From IMG/VR virus record IMGVR_UViG_3300024255_001771, positions 1 to 64,000 of that record: a DNA stretch of 64,000 bases. One strand, written 5' to 3'. Positions 49,819 through 59,664 of the stretch are shown in pieces; position 1 is the first letter of the stretch, and each line of letters starts with the position of its first letter. The notes below the pieces were generated by a model that saw nothing but the letters and a program-made list of their open reading frames with translations, was not told the DNA's origin and did not search any database. Position numbers and translations under genes: made by a program. The DNA is from an uncultured virus (IMG/VR IMGVR_UViG_3300024255_001771). Lineage: Duplodnaviria; Heunggongvirae; Uroviricota; Caudoviricetes.

Positions 49819-50926
49819 TATTTGTATAAATCCTTGGATACATATTGAAGCTGATGCAGTAGGCAATGCAAAGCCTTGTTGCTTATATGAAGGACCAGCT
49901 GTAGGACACTTTGGCACAGACGGTCTAAGCAAAATCTGGTCTAGTGAAGAAATGAAAACATTGCGCAAAGATTTCTTAGCAGGAAAGAAACCTGCTGGTT
50001 GTAACCAATGTTGGAAAAACGAATCGCAGGGTATACGTAGTAAACGTCAAGCAGATAATGAACGCTTTGAACATATGTTTCATAGGATTGGAAAACTAGG
50101 TCCGCCTATCTATTATGATCTAAAGCTAGGAACAGTGTGTAATTTAAAGTGCAGAATATGTAGCAGCTTTAGCAGTTTCAAATGGGCCGAAGATGAAAAA
50201 TTATTATACGGAGAAGTTCTTAATCCTAACCTTAAAAGTTACTGGATAGAAGATAATAGTCCTATTTGGCGTGACCTTGAAAGAGTAATTGAGTATATTG
50301 AATGGCTAGATTTCACAGGCGGTGAACCTTTATTAATTAAGAAACATTTTGAATTATTAGAAAAGTGTGTAGAAAGAGGTCATGCACATAAAATTAGTTT
50401 ACACTATAATACTAATACTACAATAAAGCCCACACAAAAAATGTTAGATCTTTGGAAAGAATTTAAATGGGTTGAACTTATGTTTAGTATTGACGGCACA
50501 GGCAAACAGTTTGAATACCAACGTCATCCAGCAGTTTGGAAAGAAGCTGAAAGTAATCTGCGTTTTGCAAATGAACAACCGTTCTTGCACACAAGTATTT
50601 GCCACACTGTAAATATTTTTAATATATTATATTTGCCAGAATTTCAACAATGGTTTAACACACTTGGTCTTCCTGAAGACCGGTTGTTCTTAAACGCACT
50701 ACATGGGCCTAAGCACTATAATGTGCAAGCAATACCTCAACATGCACATCAAGTAATTAAAGATAAACTTGGCAATGATAAATTCAAACCATTTGCAGAT
50801 CAAATGTCTAATTGCAACGGAGCAATTGATAGTTTCTTTAAATATACGCATATATTAGATAAACACAGGGAAGAAAATTTTGCACAAGTATTTCCTGAAC
50901 TAAACACACTATTATTAGGAGAGTAA
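49811..50926 (+). CDS. Radical SAM enzyme 4 with N-terminal SPASM/twitch-like domain
   Basis: CNLKCRIC, FTGGEP, YNTN, SIDG; N-terminal CINPW...PCC...CNQC; TTG start with AGGAG. Confidence 0.92.
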   Translation: MSDICINPWIHIEADAVGNAKPCCLYEGPAVGHFGTDGLSKIWSSEEMKTLRKDFLAGKKPAGCNQCWKNESQGIRSKRQADNERFEHMFHRIGKLGPPIYYDLKLGTVCNLKCRICSSFSSFKWAEDEKLLYGEVLNPNLKSYWIEDNSPIWRDLERVIEYIEWLDFTGGEPLLIKKHFELLEKCVERGHAHKISLHYNTNTTIKPTQKMLDLWKEFKWVELMFSIDGTGKQFEYQRHPAVWKEAESNLRFANEQPFLHTSICHTVNIFNILYLPEFQQWFNTLGLPEDRLFLNALHGPKHYNVQAIPQHAHQVIKDKLGNDKFKPFADQMSNCNGAIDSFFKYTHILDKHREENFAQVFPELNTLLLGE

Positions 50927-50927
50927 T

Positions 50928-51974
50928 ATGTCTACTCAAGGTAAAGATTTCTTTGATAAAGATTGGTTTGATGACCACGTTGTAATATTATTTGAAGCAC
51001 CAATGGAGACATTACGTTGGTGGCTAAAGTTTGACGAAGATAGATTACATGATTGGCTGTTAGAAAATCCGCATGGTGATAAGAGTATTGCAAAAAGTGT
51101 AGTTGAAGATTTTTCAGTTAAAGCATTAATTACACCAATGGGCGGTGAAAACATAGTTGTACATCATTTTGAAAAAATACTTTGGTTAGTACAAAGCTAT
51201 TGTCAGACCGGATGGAAGAATAGTGTCAAGGCAGTAAATCATATGGACGATGGAACATATATGGTTCATCCCGGAACCAATAGGTGTGTAGCAGCAAAGT
51301 TTCTTAATTGTAAGACAATGCCTTTAATGCTTACTGTACATAAAGAACAAAATGCATTTAAAGAACTACGTGATAAAGGTGTTGTAATAACTGATGAAGA
51401 AACATTGCGCAAAAGTTTACTGAGTAGCGATACAATATTGTTTAGAACAGAAGTTGAGGAACGTTTATTTGTTAACAGTGTAGATACTGGTAAAACAACC
51501 AAAGACTTTACATACGAATTTTTAGGTTCTGACGCTTGGCCCGAAAAACTTATGCCAACAAACTTTGAAGGCTTTACACAAATTAAATTAGATCAATGGA
51601 GTGATTTAGTGTTTAGAAGTTTGCCTATGGTAGTAAACAATCCAACTGACTGCAAAGTGCATACGGACATGTTAAACTTTAAATTCTTTGATCGTACTAA
51701 AGGGCTATTTAATAAATTTGATTTACTACAATGCAACTTACCAATGGAAGAATTGCCAAGCAAGTGTGCGTATAGTGGTATTAGTATACATATAGAAAAA
51801 GAATTCTTAGGTGATATATTTGAACTATTATTATTTGTTGACCCGCAAAAGTGTGTAACACATACAAAAGACAAAAGTATTGTGATTATAAACAACGAGC
51901 ATCCTGCAAATCGAAAAGGAATTGATTGGAGTAATAAACTTATTATTCCTGATAGTTATGTCTCAAAATTTTAA
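50928..51974 (+). CDS. Hypothetical protein with possible ParB/Srx-like domain
   Basis: AGGAG RBS; YMVHPGTNRCVAAKFL-x5-P resembles the ParB G-x2-R motif. Confidence 0.55.
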   Translation: MSTQGKDFFDKDWFDDHVVILFEAPMETLRWWLKFDEDRLHDWLLENPHGDKSIAKSVVEDFSVKALITPMGGENIVVHHFEKILWLVQSYCQTGWKNSVKAVNHMDDGTYMVHPGTNRCVAAKFLNCKTMPLMLTVHKEQNAFKELRDKGVVITDEETLRKSLLSSDTILFRTEVEERLFVNSVDTGKTTKDFTYEFLGSDAWPEKLMPTNFEGFTQIKLDQWSDLVFRSLPMVVNNPTDCKVHTDMLNFKFFDRTKGLFNKFDLLQCNLPMEELPSKCAYSGISIHIEKEFLGDIFELLLFVDPQKCVTHTKDKSIVIINNEHPANRKGIDWSNKLIIPDSYVSKF

Positions 51975-52815
51975 TGTCCAAGACCATATTAGTTATAGGA
52001 ACAACAGATATCTAAAAGCTAACATTGGTAATCCTTTACTACTAGGCTTAGGAGTTGTTGAAGTTAATCCTACTGAGTTATGTAATAGAACGTGCAGTTT
52101 TTGTCCACGTAGTAATCCTGCAGTATATCCTAATCAAAATTTACAAATGACATTAGACACAGCAAACAATCTTGTCAAAGGATTGCAAGCAGCAAATTAT
52201 ACTGGCGACATACATATAACAGGATTTGGCGAACCTACTCTCAATCCACAGATACTTGAACTTATAAAGATATTTTCTGTATACTACACAGAAATTATTA
52301 CTAACGGCGATAGACTCTTGTCAGGCCAATTAACTCACACACAATTATCTGATGCAGGACTTAGTATGCTTATTGTTGATTGTTATGATGGCAATGAACA
52401 GTACAACAAAGTGCAAGATCTATTGCAAGATTGTAACATAAGTTATCGTATACGAAATCATCACGATACTGGTAGCCCGGATTTGATTGAACAATACAAT
52501 TACAATAACCGAGGAGGACTAGTATCAAAGGAAGAAACTGTATTTAGGCCTTGTTGGTTACCATTTTATAAAGCATTTATAGACTGGGACGGACAAGTTC
52601 GACTATGCTGTAACGATTGGAGTAGGAAACAACAGCCATTTGGAAATATTAATAATATAGCATTTAGTGAATTATGGAATAGTGAACAATTTGTCGAAGT
52701 TAGAAAAAAATTAGACAAAGGTAACCGAAGTAGTTTAGCGGCGTGTAAAGGATGCAATACTAGCGGCACACAAAACGGATTTGAAAGTGTAAGTTTATGG
52801 CAAAAATTACTTTAG
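51958..52815 (+). CDS. Radical SAM enzyme 5 with C-terminal SPASM domain
   Basis: CNRTCSFC, GFGEP, TNG; C-terminal CWLPF...DGQVRLCC...GNI...CKGC. Confidence 0.92.
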   Translation: MSQNFNVQDHISYRNNRYLKANIGNPLLLGLGVVEVNPTELCNRTCSFCPRSNPAVYPNQNLQMTLDTANNLVKGLQAANYTGDIHITGFGEPTLNPQILELIKIFSVYYTEIITNGDRLLSGQLTHTQLSDAGLSMLIVDCYDGNEQYNKVQDLLQDCNISYRIRNHHDTGSPDLIEQYNYNNRGGLVSKEETVFRPCWLPFYKAFIDWDGQVRLCCNDWSRKQQPFGNINNIAFSELWNSEQFVEVRKKLDKGNRSSLAACKGCNTSGTQNGFESVSLWQKLL

Positions 52816-53777
52816 CAAAAGGTACATTTGAGTGTCTTAATACTAATAGACTAGGTTCTGTTATTGAAAAATATTCAGACTTTAAAGGCAATCTGCAGAT
52901 ATGCGAGCATATAGAAGGCAAAGGTAATATAGAATATGACAAAGACACTCCGCTAGTAATATTTCATACTGAAGGAGATCCTGCATATATAGATATTGAT
53001 TACTTCAATAACTTTGGTAAAGTAATTCACTGTAACGCAAATATGTCTAAAGGCATATTCTTTAATTACTGGGCATACGACTATCTTACACATATAAAGG
53101 AATTAGGAGTACAAACAAATAATCAAAATACATTTGCTAAAAAGTTTTTGTGTTTGAATGGAAGGCCTGACTGGCATCGTTACTATACCCTACAAATGTT
53201 ATACGACACAGGGTTGTATGATACTGGATTAGTGAGTTTCCTAAATAGATATAACCAGCTTAATAATAATTATCACTACGATACATTTAAAGAAATGTAC
53301 AAAAAAGATACACCAGAAATTGACCACATGCGTGATAGACATAGTCATCTAGTTGTTGATAGATCAAATAGCGAGATACACAAAAATGACAGATTGCATA
53401 ATAAATGGATATACGAAGAAACAAGCATTAGTTTAGTAACTGAAACATATCCTGAAGCTAGTCGAGGATTATTTATAACAGAAAAAACTTGGAAGCCTAT
53501 TGCAAACTGCCATTTAGCTTTGTATATAGGACAGCCTAATTTATTAGAATTCTTAAGACAACAAGGATATGATACATTTGACGACATACTAGACAACACA
53601 TACGATACAATTCACGAAGATATATCAAGATTCAACAGTGCGATACACAGTCTAAGTAAATATCTTAATAGCATAGATTCGATAGATAAAAATGATATAC
53701 AACAAAGACTAAAGTATAATCAGCAACGATTTTTACAAATGAAGATATCAAATGAGGAAATACAAACATGGCTGTAA
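52797..53777 (+). CDS. GT-B-like (GT10/exostosin-like) putative glycosyltransferase 1
   Basis: FLCLN-x5-HR, SLVTET, FITEKTWKPI, GYDTF. Confidence 0.55.
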   Translation: MAKITLAKGTFECLNTNRLGSVIEKYSDFKGNLQICEHIEGKGNIEYDKDTPLVIFHTEGDPAYIDIDYFNNFGKVIHCNANMSKGIFFNYWAYDYLTHIKELGVQTNNQNTFAKKFLCLNGRPDWHRYYTLQMLYDTGLYDTGLVSFLNRYNQLNNNYHYDTFKEMYKKDTPEIDHMRDRHSHLVVDRSNSEIHKNDRLHNKWIYEETSISLVTETYPEASRGLFITEKTWKPIANCHLALYIGQPNLLEFLRQQGYDTFDDILDNTYDTIHEDISRFNSAIHSLSKYLNSIDSIDKNDIQQRLKYNQQRFLQMKISNEEIQTWL

Positions 53778-54580
53778 AATTTCATATATTCGGAGGATGT
53801 AGCTTTACAGACATGCATAATAGCTGGGCAAGAGTTATCCAACGTGATTTACTTAACTATAACAATTCTCGGAATGTAAGTAAAAGCGGAGCCGGCAATA
53901 AATTTATTGCAAGTGCTGTAATTGACTGTGCATTGAAAGCAGAACGAGAAGGATTCACGCCTGACATAAGCATCATGTGGAGTTCTCCTACTAGAAGCGA
54001 ATTTCCACTACATGAAACAGAAACACCTTATGTAGATATGTTATTCCAAAACAATACTGAATCCGATAACGATATGAATCCTGGAGTATATGCACTAACA
54101 AGTGCAAACGGTGACATTCAAAAAATAACAGGAAATTATTGGTTATTGAATGGTGGTAACGTTAGTGAAAAAACAAGGTGGAGCAATAACTTTGATATTG
54201 ACATACAGTATGTAGATGCATTTAGATCTTACTCAAAGTTTATGTGGAATCAAAATGCTATGTGGCATCAAACACTTTCGAATATTTTGCTTGTTCAACA
54301 GATGTGCGAACTTAAAGGTTGGGAATATAGATTTACTACATTTAGAGCATTTGTAAAAGAATACAAAACATGGTGTGCTGATCAGTTTGTAACTTTACAA
54401 GATGAAATACATTGGAATAAGTTTTTGTTTACAGACAATGAAGACGGCGGACTTCGAGAGTATACACTCAATAATCTAAACACATGGGACGATGGATACG
54501 ATAATCATCCTAGTTACGAAGCACACGAAGATTTTGTACAAAACTTTTGGCTACCGCACTTTAAAGGAGCATACACATGA
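53768..54580 (+). CDS. SGNH/GDSL-like protein
   Basis: GGCSFT, NVSKSGAGN, IMWS-x3-R, DNHPS-x2-AH. Confidence 0.6.
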   Translation: MAVKFHIFGGCSFTDMHNSWARVIQRDLLNYNNSRNVSKSGAGNKFIASAVIDCALKAEREGFTPDISIMWSSPTRSEFPLHETETPYVDMLFQNNTESDNDMNPGVYALTSANGDIQKITGNYWLLNGGNVSEKTRWSNNFDIDIQYVDAFRSYSKFMWNQNAMWHQTLSNILLVQQMCELKGWEYRFTTFRAFVKEYKTWCADQFVTLQDEIHWNKFLFTDNEDGGLREYTLNNLNTWDDGYDNHPSYEAHEDFVQNFWLPHFKGAYT

Positions 54581-55896
54581 TAACGCTGTATTACCAATCC
54601 GGAGTTGTTGGCGAGAAATGGATACCAAATGGTGTTCCTAAAGAGTTGCGTACTAGAGAAGCATATAAGTACAATCAATTTAAGAGTGTAAAGCCAAAGT
54701 TTATTACAGAAGTATGTGACTATCTAGATATACCTGTTCAGCGTACTACCCCTAAGGACTATGTAGGACAGCCAGCTTTCTATCATATTGAAATTGATTG
54801 GATTGACCATGCATTTGTATATCGTAATGTATTTGAACATATTGATGAAGAGCCATTGAATCTAATACGTGATTTAGATAGTAAACTAAAGTTACTATTA
54901 TGGTTTCCAAATGAAGGCTTTAGTTTAACTATGCCAAGGTTTATGGAAATTATTGATTTCTGTGTTAAAGACTTAGCAATACCTGCACATAAAGTTTTTC
55001 TTGTGTTTGGTGATATAAACATACAGAAAAATTTTGCAGCTTGGCGAAAGAGAAAAGGCTACAGTGAAATTAACGTATATGGCATGGACAGTTTTGAAGC
55101 AACGTATAATATGGAAATTACACAAATGGACGATAAGCCATTAGATGTAGACACGTTTCTAAACTACGATGCTCCAAAAAGCAAACGGTTTATATTTAAG
55201 AATGCCAATCCAAGACATCAACGTGTATTCTTTGCAGCGGAATTTTATAAACGTGATTTACTAAGACATAGTTATTACAGTTGGTTGAATAGATATTTTG
55301 AACCTCATGTAGATAGATTTCATACTGATGCAATGTATGAAAGTATTGACAAATATTGTTTAGATGAAGAACATCACAAAAGCCTTGAACAGCCATTAAA
55401 CATGTTCCTACAAGATGCTCCTTACATTATTGATTATGACGGAACTGAAATAGAACAAGGATACAATCAACGTGCATTAATTAATCATCATTATTTAGAT
55501 AGTGATTTTTCTTTTGTTACAGAAACAACATACGAACCTGTAAATGTAGAAGACGTACTTTTCATAACAGAAAAAATTTATCAGCCAATTGTTAATTTTC
55601 ATCCTTTCTTAGTTGCAAGCCAAGTAAACACACTACACTTTCTACGTCACTATGGATATGAAACATTTCCTGAATTATTTGATGAGGAGTATGACAAAAT
55701 TACTGACATAAGACAAAGGAGTGATTTGCTTTTGAGAAATGTACAAAATATTGTCGACGGCAATAAAGATCACATATTAGGAAGTCAATACATAAAAGAC
55801 AAATGTGTACACAACCGAAATGTTTTCTTTGAACATAAAGGAAAGCAAAAATGGGTAAATGTAATGACTTGGCTGGAGAATACTCATGCATTATGA
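54577..55896 (+). CDS. GT-B-like putative glycosyltransferase 2
   Basis: FIFKN-x3-RHQR, SFVTET, FITEKIYQPI-x3-HPF, GYETF. Confidence 0.55.
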   Translation: MITLYYQSGVVGEKWIPNGVPKELRTREAYKYNQFKSVKPKFITEVCDYLDIPVQRTTPKDYVGQPAFYHIEIDWIDHAFVYRNVFEHIDEEPLNLIRDLDSKLKLLLWFPNEGFSLTMPRFMEIIDFCVKDLAIPAHKVFLVFGDINIQKNFAAWRKRKGYSEINVYGMDSFEATYNMEITQMDDKPLDVDTFLNYDAPKSKRFIFKNANPRHQRVFFAAEFYKRDLLRHSYYSWLNRYFEPHVDRFHTDAMYESIDKYCLDEEHHKSLEQPLNMFLQDAPYIIDYDGTEIEQGYNQRALINHHYLDSDFSFVTETTYEPVNVEDVLFITEKIYQPIVNFHPFLVASQVNTLHFLRHYGYETFPELFDEEYDKITDIRQRSDLLLRNVQNIVDGNKDHILGSQYIKDKCVHNRNVFFEHKGKQKWVNVMTWLENTHAL

Positions 55897-56875
55897 TAAA
55901 GGTTTTGACTCAACCACAATTATAGGTCAGCACGACAAAAAAATTAAGCAACAGCTATTATCAAAATGTGGACCAGGCGTTTCATTTATAAATTCTACTT
56001 GGATAGAAAAAGACAATGACCTTAAAGAATTACTTGCATCTAATCCTAAAAAAATAGTTTGTTATAGTGGTCCGGATTGGGAAAACAGAAAATGCAGAAC
56101 AAAAGCAAACGAAGCAATAGATAAGCATCCTAATGTTGTACGCTTTGGAAACTATGATGGAGATCATTATTGGAGTTTTTGGCTAGACTTTATACATGAC
56201 AACTGGTACAAGTATGAAACTGCTGATGTAATGGATATGGAAAATAATGATATTACTAAAGTTTATATGTGTCTAAATAGAAAGCCGCATGAGCATAGAA
56301 TATTTTTAGTAAAGCATTTAATAACAAGAGGTTTACAGGACTGTGGATATCTAAGTTTAGGAAAGTTTGAGAACCCATGGGACTATCATGGACTAGAAGT
56401 TCCGATAACACTTAAAAGTGATGTAGTCAATAAAGAAGGTGACGAAAGCGTAGCAGGTGATGCAGGCGGCATTACAAATGATATTACTAGTTTAGGATTA
56501 CGCAGCAATTGGAATTCTCACTTTCTCAACATTGTCAGCGAAACTACGATACATACTAATGTATTTGTTAGTGAAAAGGTGTTTAAGCCTATTATAGGTA
56601 TGCGTCCGTTTGTTGTGCTAGGTGATGATAACGTTTATAAGATACTTCATAGTTGGGGCATTGATACATTTGACGATTTGTTTGGCACTGGATATAAACA
56701 CCAATGGCATACTGATAGAATTAAATGGATTTGTAATGTAGTACAAAACTTAAAGCAACGCAAAGATTTGAAAGAACTATTAATTAGTTTAAAGCCACGC
56801 TTAGAACATAATGTAAAGATGTTGCAGAGAGCAGCAGTAAAGAATAGACAATTTATAGATAAGGTAAAATTTTAA
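55886..56875 (+). CDS. GT-B-like putative glycosyltransferase 3
   Basis: YMCLNRKPHEHR, NIVSET, FVSEKVFKPI-x3-RPF, GIDTF. Confidence 0.55.
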   Translation: MHYDKGFDSTTIIGQHDKKIKQQLLSKCGPGVSFINSTWIEKDNDLKELLASNPKKIVCYSGPDWENRKCRTKANEAIDKHPNVVRFGNYDGDHYWSFWLDFIHDNWYKYETADVMDMENNDITKVYMCLNRKPHEHRIFLVKHLITRGLQDCGYLSLGKFENPWDYHGLEVPITLKSDVVNKEGDESVAGDAGGITNDITSLGLRSNWNSHFLNIVSETTIHTNVFVSEKVFKPIIGMRPFVVLGDDNVYKILHSWGIDTFDDLFGTGYKHQWHTDRIKWICNVVQNLKQRKDLKELLISLKPRLEHNVKMLQRAAVKNRQFIDKVKF

Positions 56876-58008
56876 TGAATATAGCATTTATTGGGTTAGG
56901 GAAACTTGGACTGCCTTGTGCAGAAGTTATTGCAGAAAAAGGACACAATGTAACTGGATATGATATTGCTAAACGGGGCAATAGTAATGTAGCACAGTTC
57001 CCTACAATCCAAAGTGCAATTAATGGTGCTGATATTGTATTTGTTGCTGTACCAACACCTCATGATCCAGATTACGATGGCAGAGCACCAACAGCACATC
57101 TAGAGCCAAAAGATTTTCAATACGACATTGTTAAAGAAGTAATTGCTGAAGCAAACAAGCATATGACAAAAGATCAATTACTTGTATTAATAAGCACAGT
57201 GTTACCTGGCACAGTGCGTAGAGAGTTTATACCGCTAGTAACTAACACACGCTTTGTATACAATCCTTATTTGATTGCTATGGGAACAGTTGCTTGGGAT
57301 ATGGTTAATCCTGAAATGGTAATGATAGGTACAGAAGATGGTACCGAAACAGGTGATGCAAAACAACTTGTTGATTTTTATAAATCTATAATGGAAAATG
57401 ATCCTCGCTACGTTATTGGTACTTGGGACGAATGTGAATGCATCAAAGTATTCTACAATACCTTTATTAGCACAAAAATTGGACTAGTAAATATGGTACA
57501 AGATGTTGCACAAAAGCAAGGCAACATTAATGTTGATGTTGTGACAGGAGCATTACGTGATAGTACACAGCGTATTATGGGGCCAAGCTATATGAAAGCA
57601 GGAATGGGCGATGGAGGCGCATGTCATCCAAGAGATAATATAGCTTTGCGCTACATGGCAGATAAACTAAATCTAGGCTACGACATATTCGATAGTGTAA
57701 TGAACGCTAGAGAAATACAAGCAAAAAATATGGCTATTGAAATATTAAAGTACGGAAACAAAATACAGTTTAGTAGCGATAGTTACAAACCTGATGTTGA
57801 ATATGTAGACGGTAGTTATAGTTTACTTGTACAACACTATGTAAGAAAACTAGGCGGTTGGGTAGTAAATGAAACTCCTAGTGTTGTTGTTAGAGTACAT
57901 GAAAATGATAAGTTACCAGAAGGTAACTATATTGTATTTGATCCGTGGCGCAGTTACGAAGGATCAAATCAACATGTTTCTTACGGAAATACTAGACATA
58001 TGAAATGA
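56875..58008 (+). CDS. ugd: UDP-glucose/GDP-mannose 6-dehydrogenase family protein
   Basis: Rossmann GLGKLG, VAVPTP, STVLPGT, K-x3-N, catalytic GGACHPRD. Confidence 0.88.
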   Translation: MNIAFIGLGKLGLPCAEVIAEKGHNVTGYDIAKRGNSNVAQFPTIQSAINGADIVFVAVPTPHDPDYDGRAPTAHLEPKDFQYDIVKEVIAEANKHMTKDQLLVLISTVLPGTVRREFIPLVTNTRFVYNPYLIAMGTVAWDMVNPEMVMIGTEDGTETGDAKQLVDFYKSIMENDPRYVIGTWDECECIKVFYNTFISTKIGLVNMVQDVAQKQGNINVDVVTGALRDSTQRIMGPSYMKAGMGDGGACHPRDNIALRYMADKLNLGYDIFDSVMNAREIQAKNMAIEILKYGNKIQFSSDSYKPDVEYVDGSYSLLVQHYVRKLGGWVVNETPSVVVRVHENDKLPEGNYIVFDPWRSYEGSNQHVSYGNTRHMK

Positions 58009-58021
58009 TCTGTGTTATAAT
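57993..58021 (+). promoter_or_regulatory. Sigma70-type promoter with extended -10
   Basis: TAGACA (57993-57998), 17 nt, TG-T-TATAAT (-10 at 58016-58021); ATG only 5 nt further. Confidence 0.6.
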
Positions 58022-58026
58022 AAGAT

Positions 58027-59664
58027 ATGTATGATATATTCTATCAACTAAATGACAAAAATGCAGAACAGTATGAAACACTTAAATCTAAATTTCCTAC
58101 TGTAAAAAAGTGCGACGGCTTTAAACAAGCACAAAAAAGAGCCTTTACCAAATTCTTTTGGTACATACCTAGTGACGTAATAGTACTTGACGATTTTGAT
58201 TTTGACTATGTACCTGATGCATGGAGTAATGAATACGTTCATCTTTTTAAAAACGGCGAACATTACGATGGTATTAACTTATTTCCAAAGCGTTTAGAAA
58301 TAAGAGAAAAGGAACTACAGCATAGATTTTTTGTAAACAAAAAAGAAGTTGACATACAAATAAGTGTACCCAAGCAGTACGATTTTTTCTATGTAGACAC
58401 ATTTGAAGAATACGAACGTGCATTTGAACAAACTACTACAGAACTATTTTGGGTAGTAAGCAGAAACTTGACAATTGATCCTAACTTTGATCTTGGATTT
58501 TACTTTAGTCATCATAACAGTTATGATAGGCGAGAAAATCATGCGTTTGTGCATAGTGTTGAAGGCAAAGAATTATATAATGGAGTCTTCCTATGTTCAA
58601 TACATAAGCAGCTTAACAAAAAGCAAGTAGATTACAAGTTTATTGTAAACAGAAAAGAGTGGGAAATAACAGCAAGTGGACCTTGCGAATACGAAAAGTT
58701 TGAAGTTGTTACATATGTAGACTATCTCAAAGCACTAAAGATGAGCAAGACAGAAATGTTTTGGATGGTACCTGAAAGAGTACAAGTTGAAAAGGCATTC
58801 AAATTTGATATGTATTTTTCACATGATAACGAATACGACAGAACAATAAATCACGTGTTCTTAAATGGAGATCACTTTGATGGCATTGTGTTATGCAGTA
58901 AACATAATCCTATTACACAAAAAGAGTTTGACTATAGATTTGTGTCTCAGCGCAAAGAACATGCAACAGTAGCAAGTTATCCTAAAGTTAAAGATTATGA
59001 TATTGTGTTTATAAGTTATAATGAACCTAATGCTGATGAAAACTGGGAAAACTTGAAAGAACGTTTTCCAAGAGCGCAACGTATACACGGAGTCAAAGGC
59101 ATACATCAAGCACACATTGAAGCAGCTAAATTGTGTACTACTGACTTATTTTTTGTTGTAGATGGCGATGCTACGATAGTAGATAGTTTTGATTTCCGTT
59201 ATAAAGGACAAGAAGGCTTTGTACATGTATGGCGTAGTATAAATCCTATAAACGATCTAGTATACGGATACGGCGGCGTAAAGCTATTGCCAAGAGAGCT
59301 TACGCTTAACATGGATACTAGCAAGCCTGATATGACAACTAGTATATCAGAAAAGTTTAAAGCAATGCCAGATATTAGTTGTATAACTAATTTTAATACA
59401 GATCCGTTTAGCACTTGGAAAGGTGCATTTAGAGAATGTTGTAAACTTTCTAGTAAAGTAATTGATAGGCAAAAGAATGAAGAAACAGATGACCGTTTAC
59501 TTACCTGGACGACAGTAGGGAAAGAGCGCCCTTACGGCGAATGGGCTATCAAAGGTGCTAGACAAGGATCTGCTTACGGAACAGCAAGCCAAGGCGATAG
59601 TGAAGCACTTAAAAAAATAAATGACTTTGATTGGCTTCAGGAGAAGTTTAATGAAAACACATGA
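58027..59664 (+). CDS. Glycosyltransferase-like protein with three degenerate N-terminal repeats
   Basis: C-terminal SYNEPNA, RIHGVKGIHQAH, FFVVDGD, YGYGGVK, WKGAFRE. Confidence 0.7.
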   Translation: MYDIFYQLNDKNAEQYETLKSKFPTVKKCDGFKQAQKRAFTKFFWYIPSDVIVLDDFDFDYVPDAWSNEYVHLFKNGEHYDGINLFPKRLEIREKELQHRFFVNKKEVDIQISVPKQYDFFYVDTFEEYERAFEQTTTELFWVVSRNLTIDPNFDLGFYFSHHNSYDRRENHAFVHSVEGKELYNGVFLCSIHKQLNKKQVDYKFIVNRKEWEITASGPCEYEKFEVVTYVDYLKALKMSKTEMFWMVPERVQVEKAFKFDMYFSHDNEYDRTINHVFLNGDHFDGIVLCSKHNPITQKEFDYRFVSQRKEHATVASYPKVKDYDIVFISYNEPNADENWENLKERFPRAQRIHGVKGIHQAHIEAAKLCTTDLFFVVDGDATIVDSFDFRYKGQEGFVHVWRSINPINDLVYGYGGVKLLPRELTLNMDTSKPDMTTSISEKFKAMPDISCITNFNTDPFSTWKGAFRECCKLSSKVIDRQKNEETDDRLLTWTTVGKERPYGEWAIKGARQGSAYGTASQGDSEALKKINDFDWLQEKFNENT

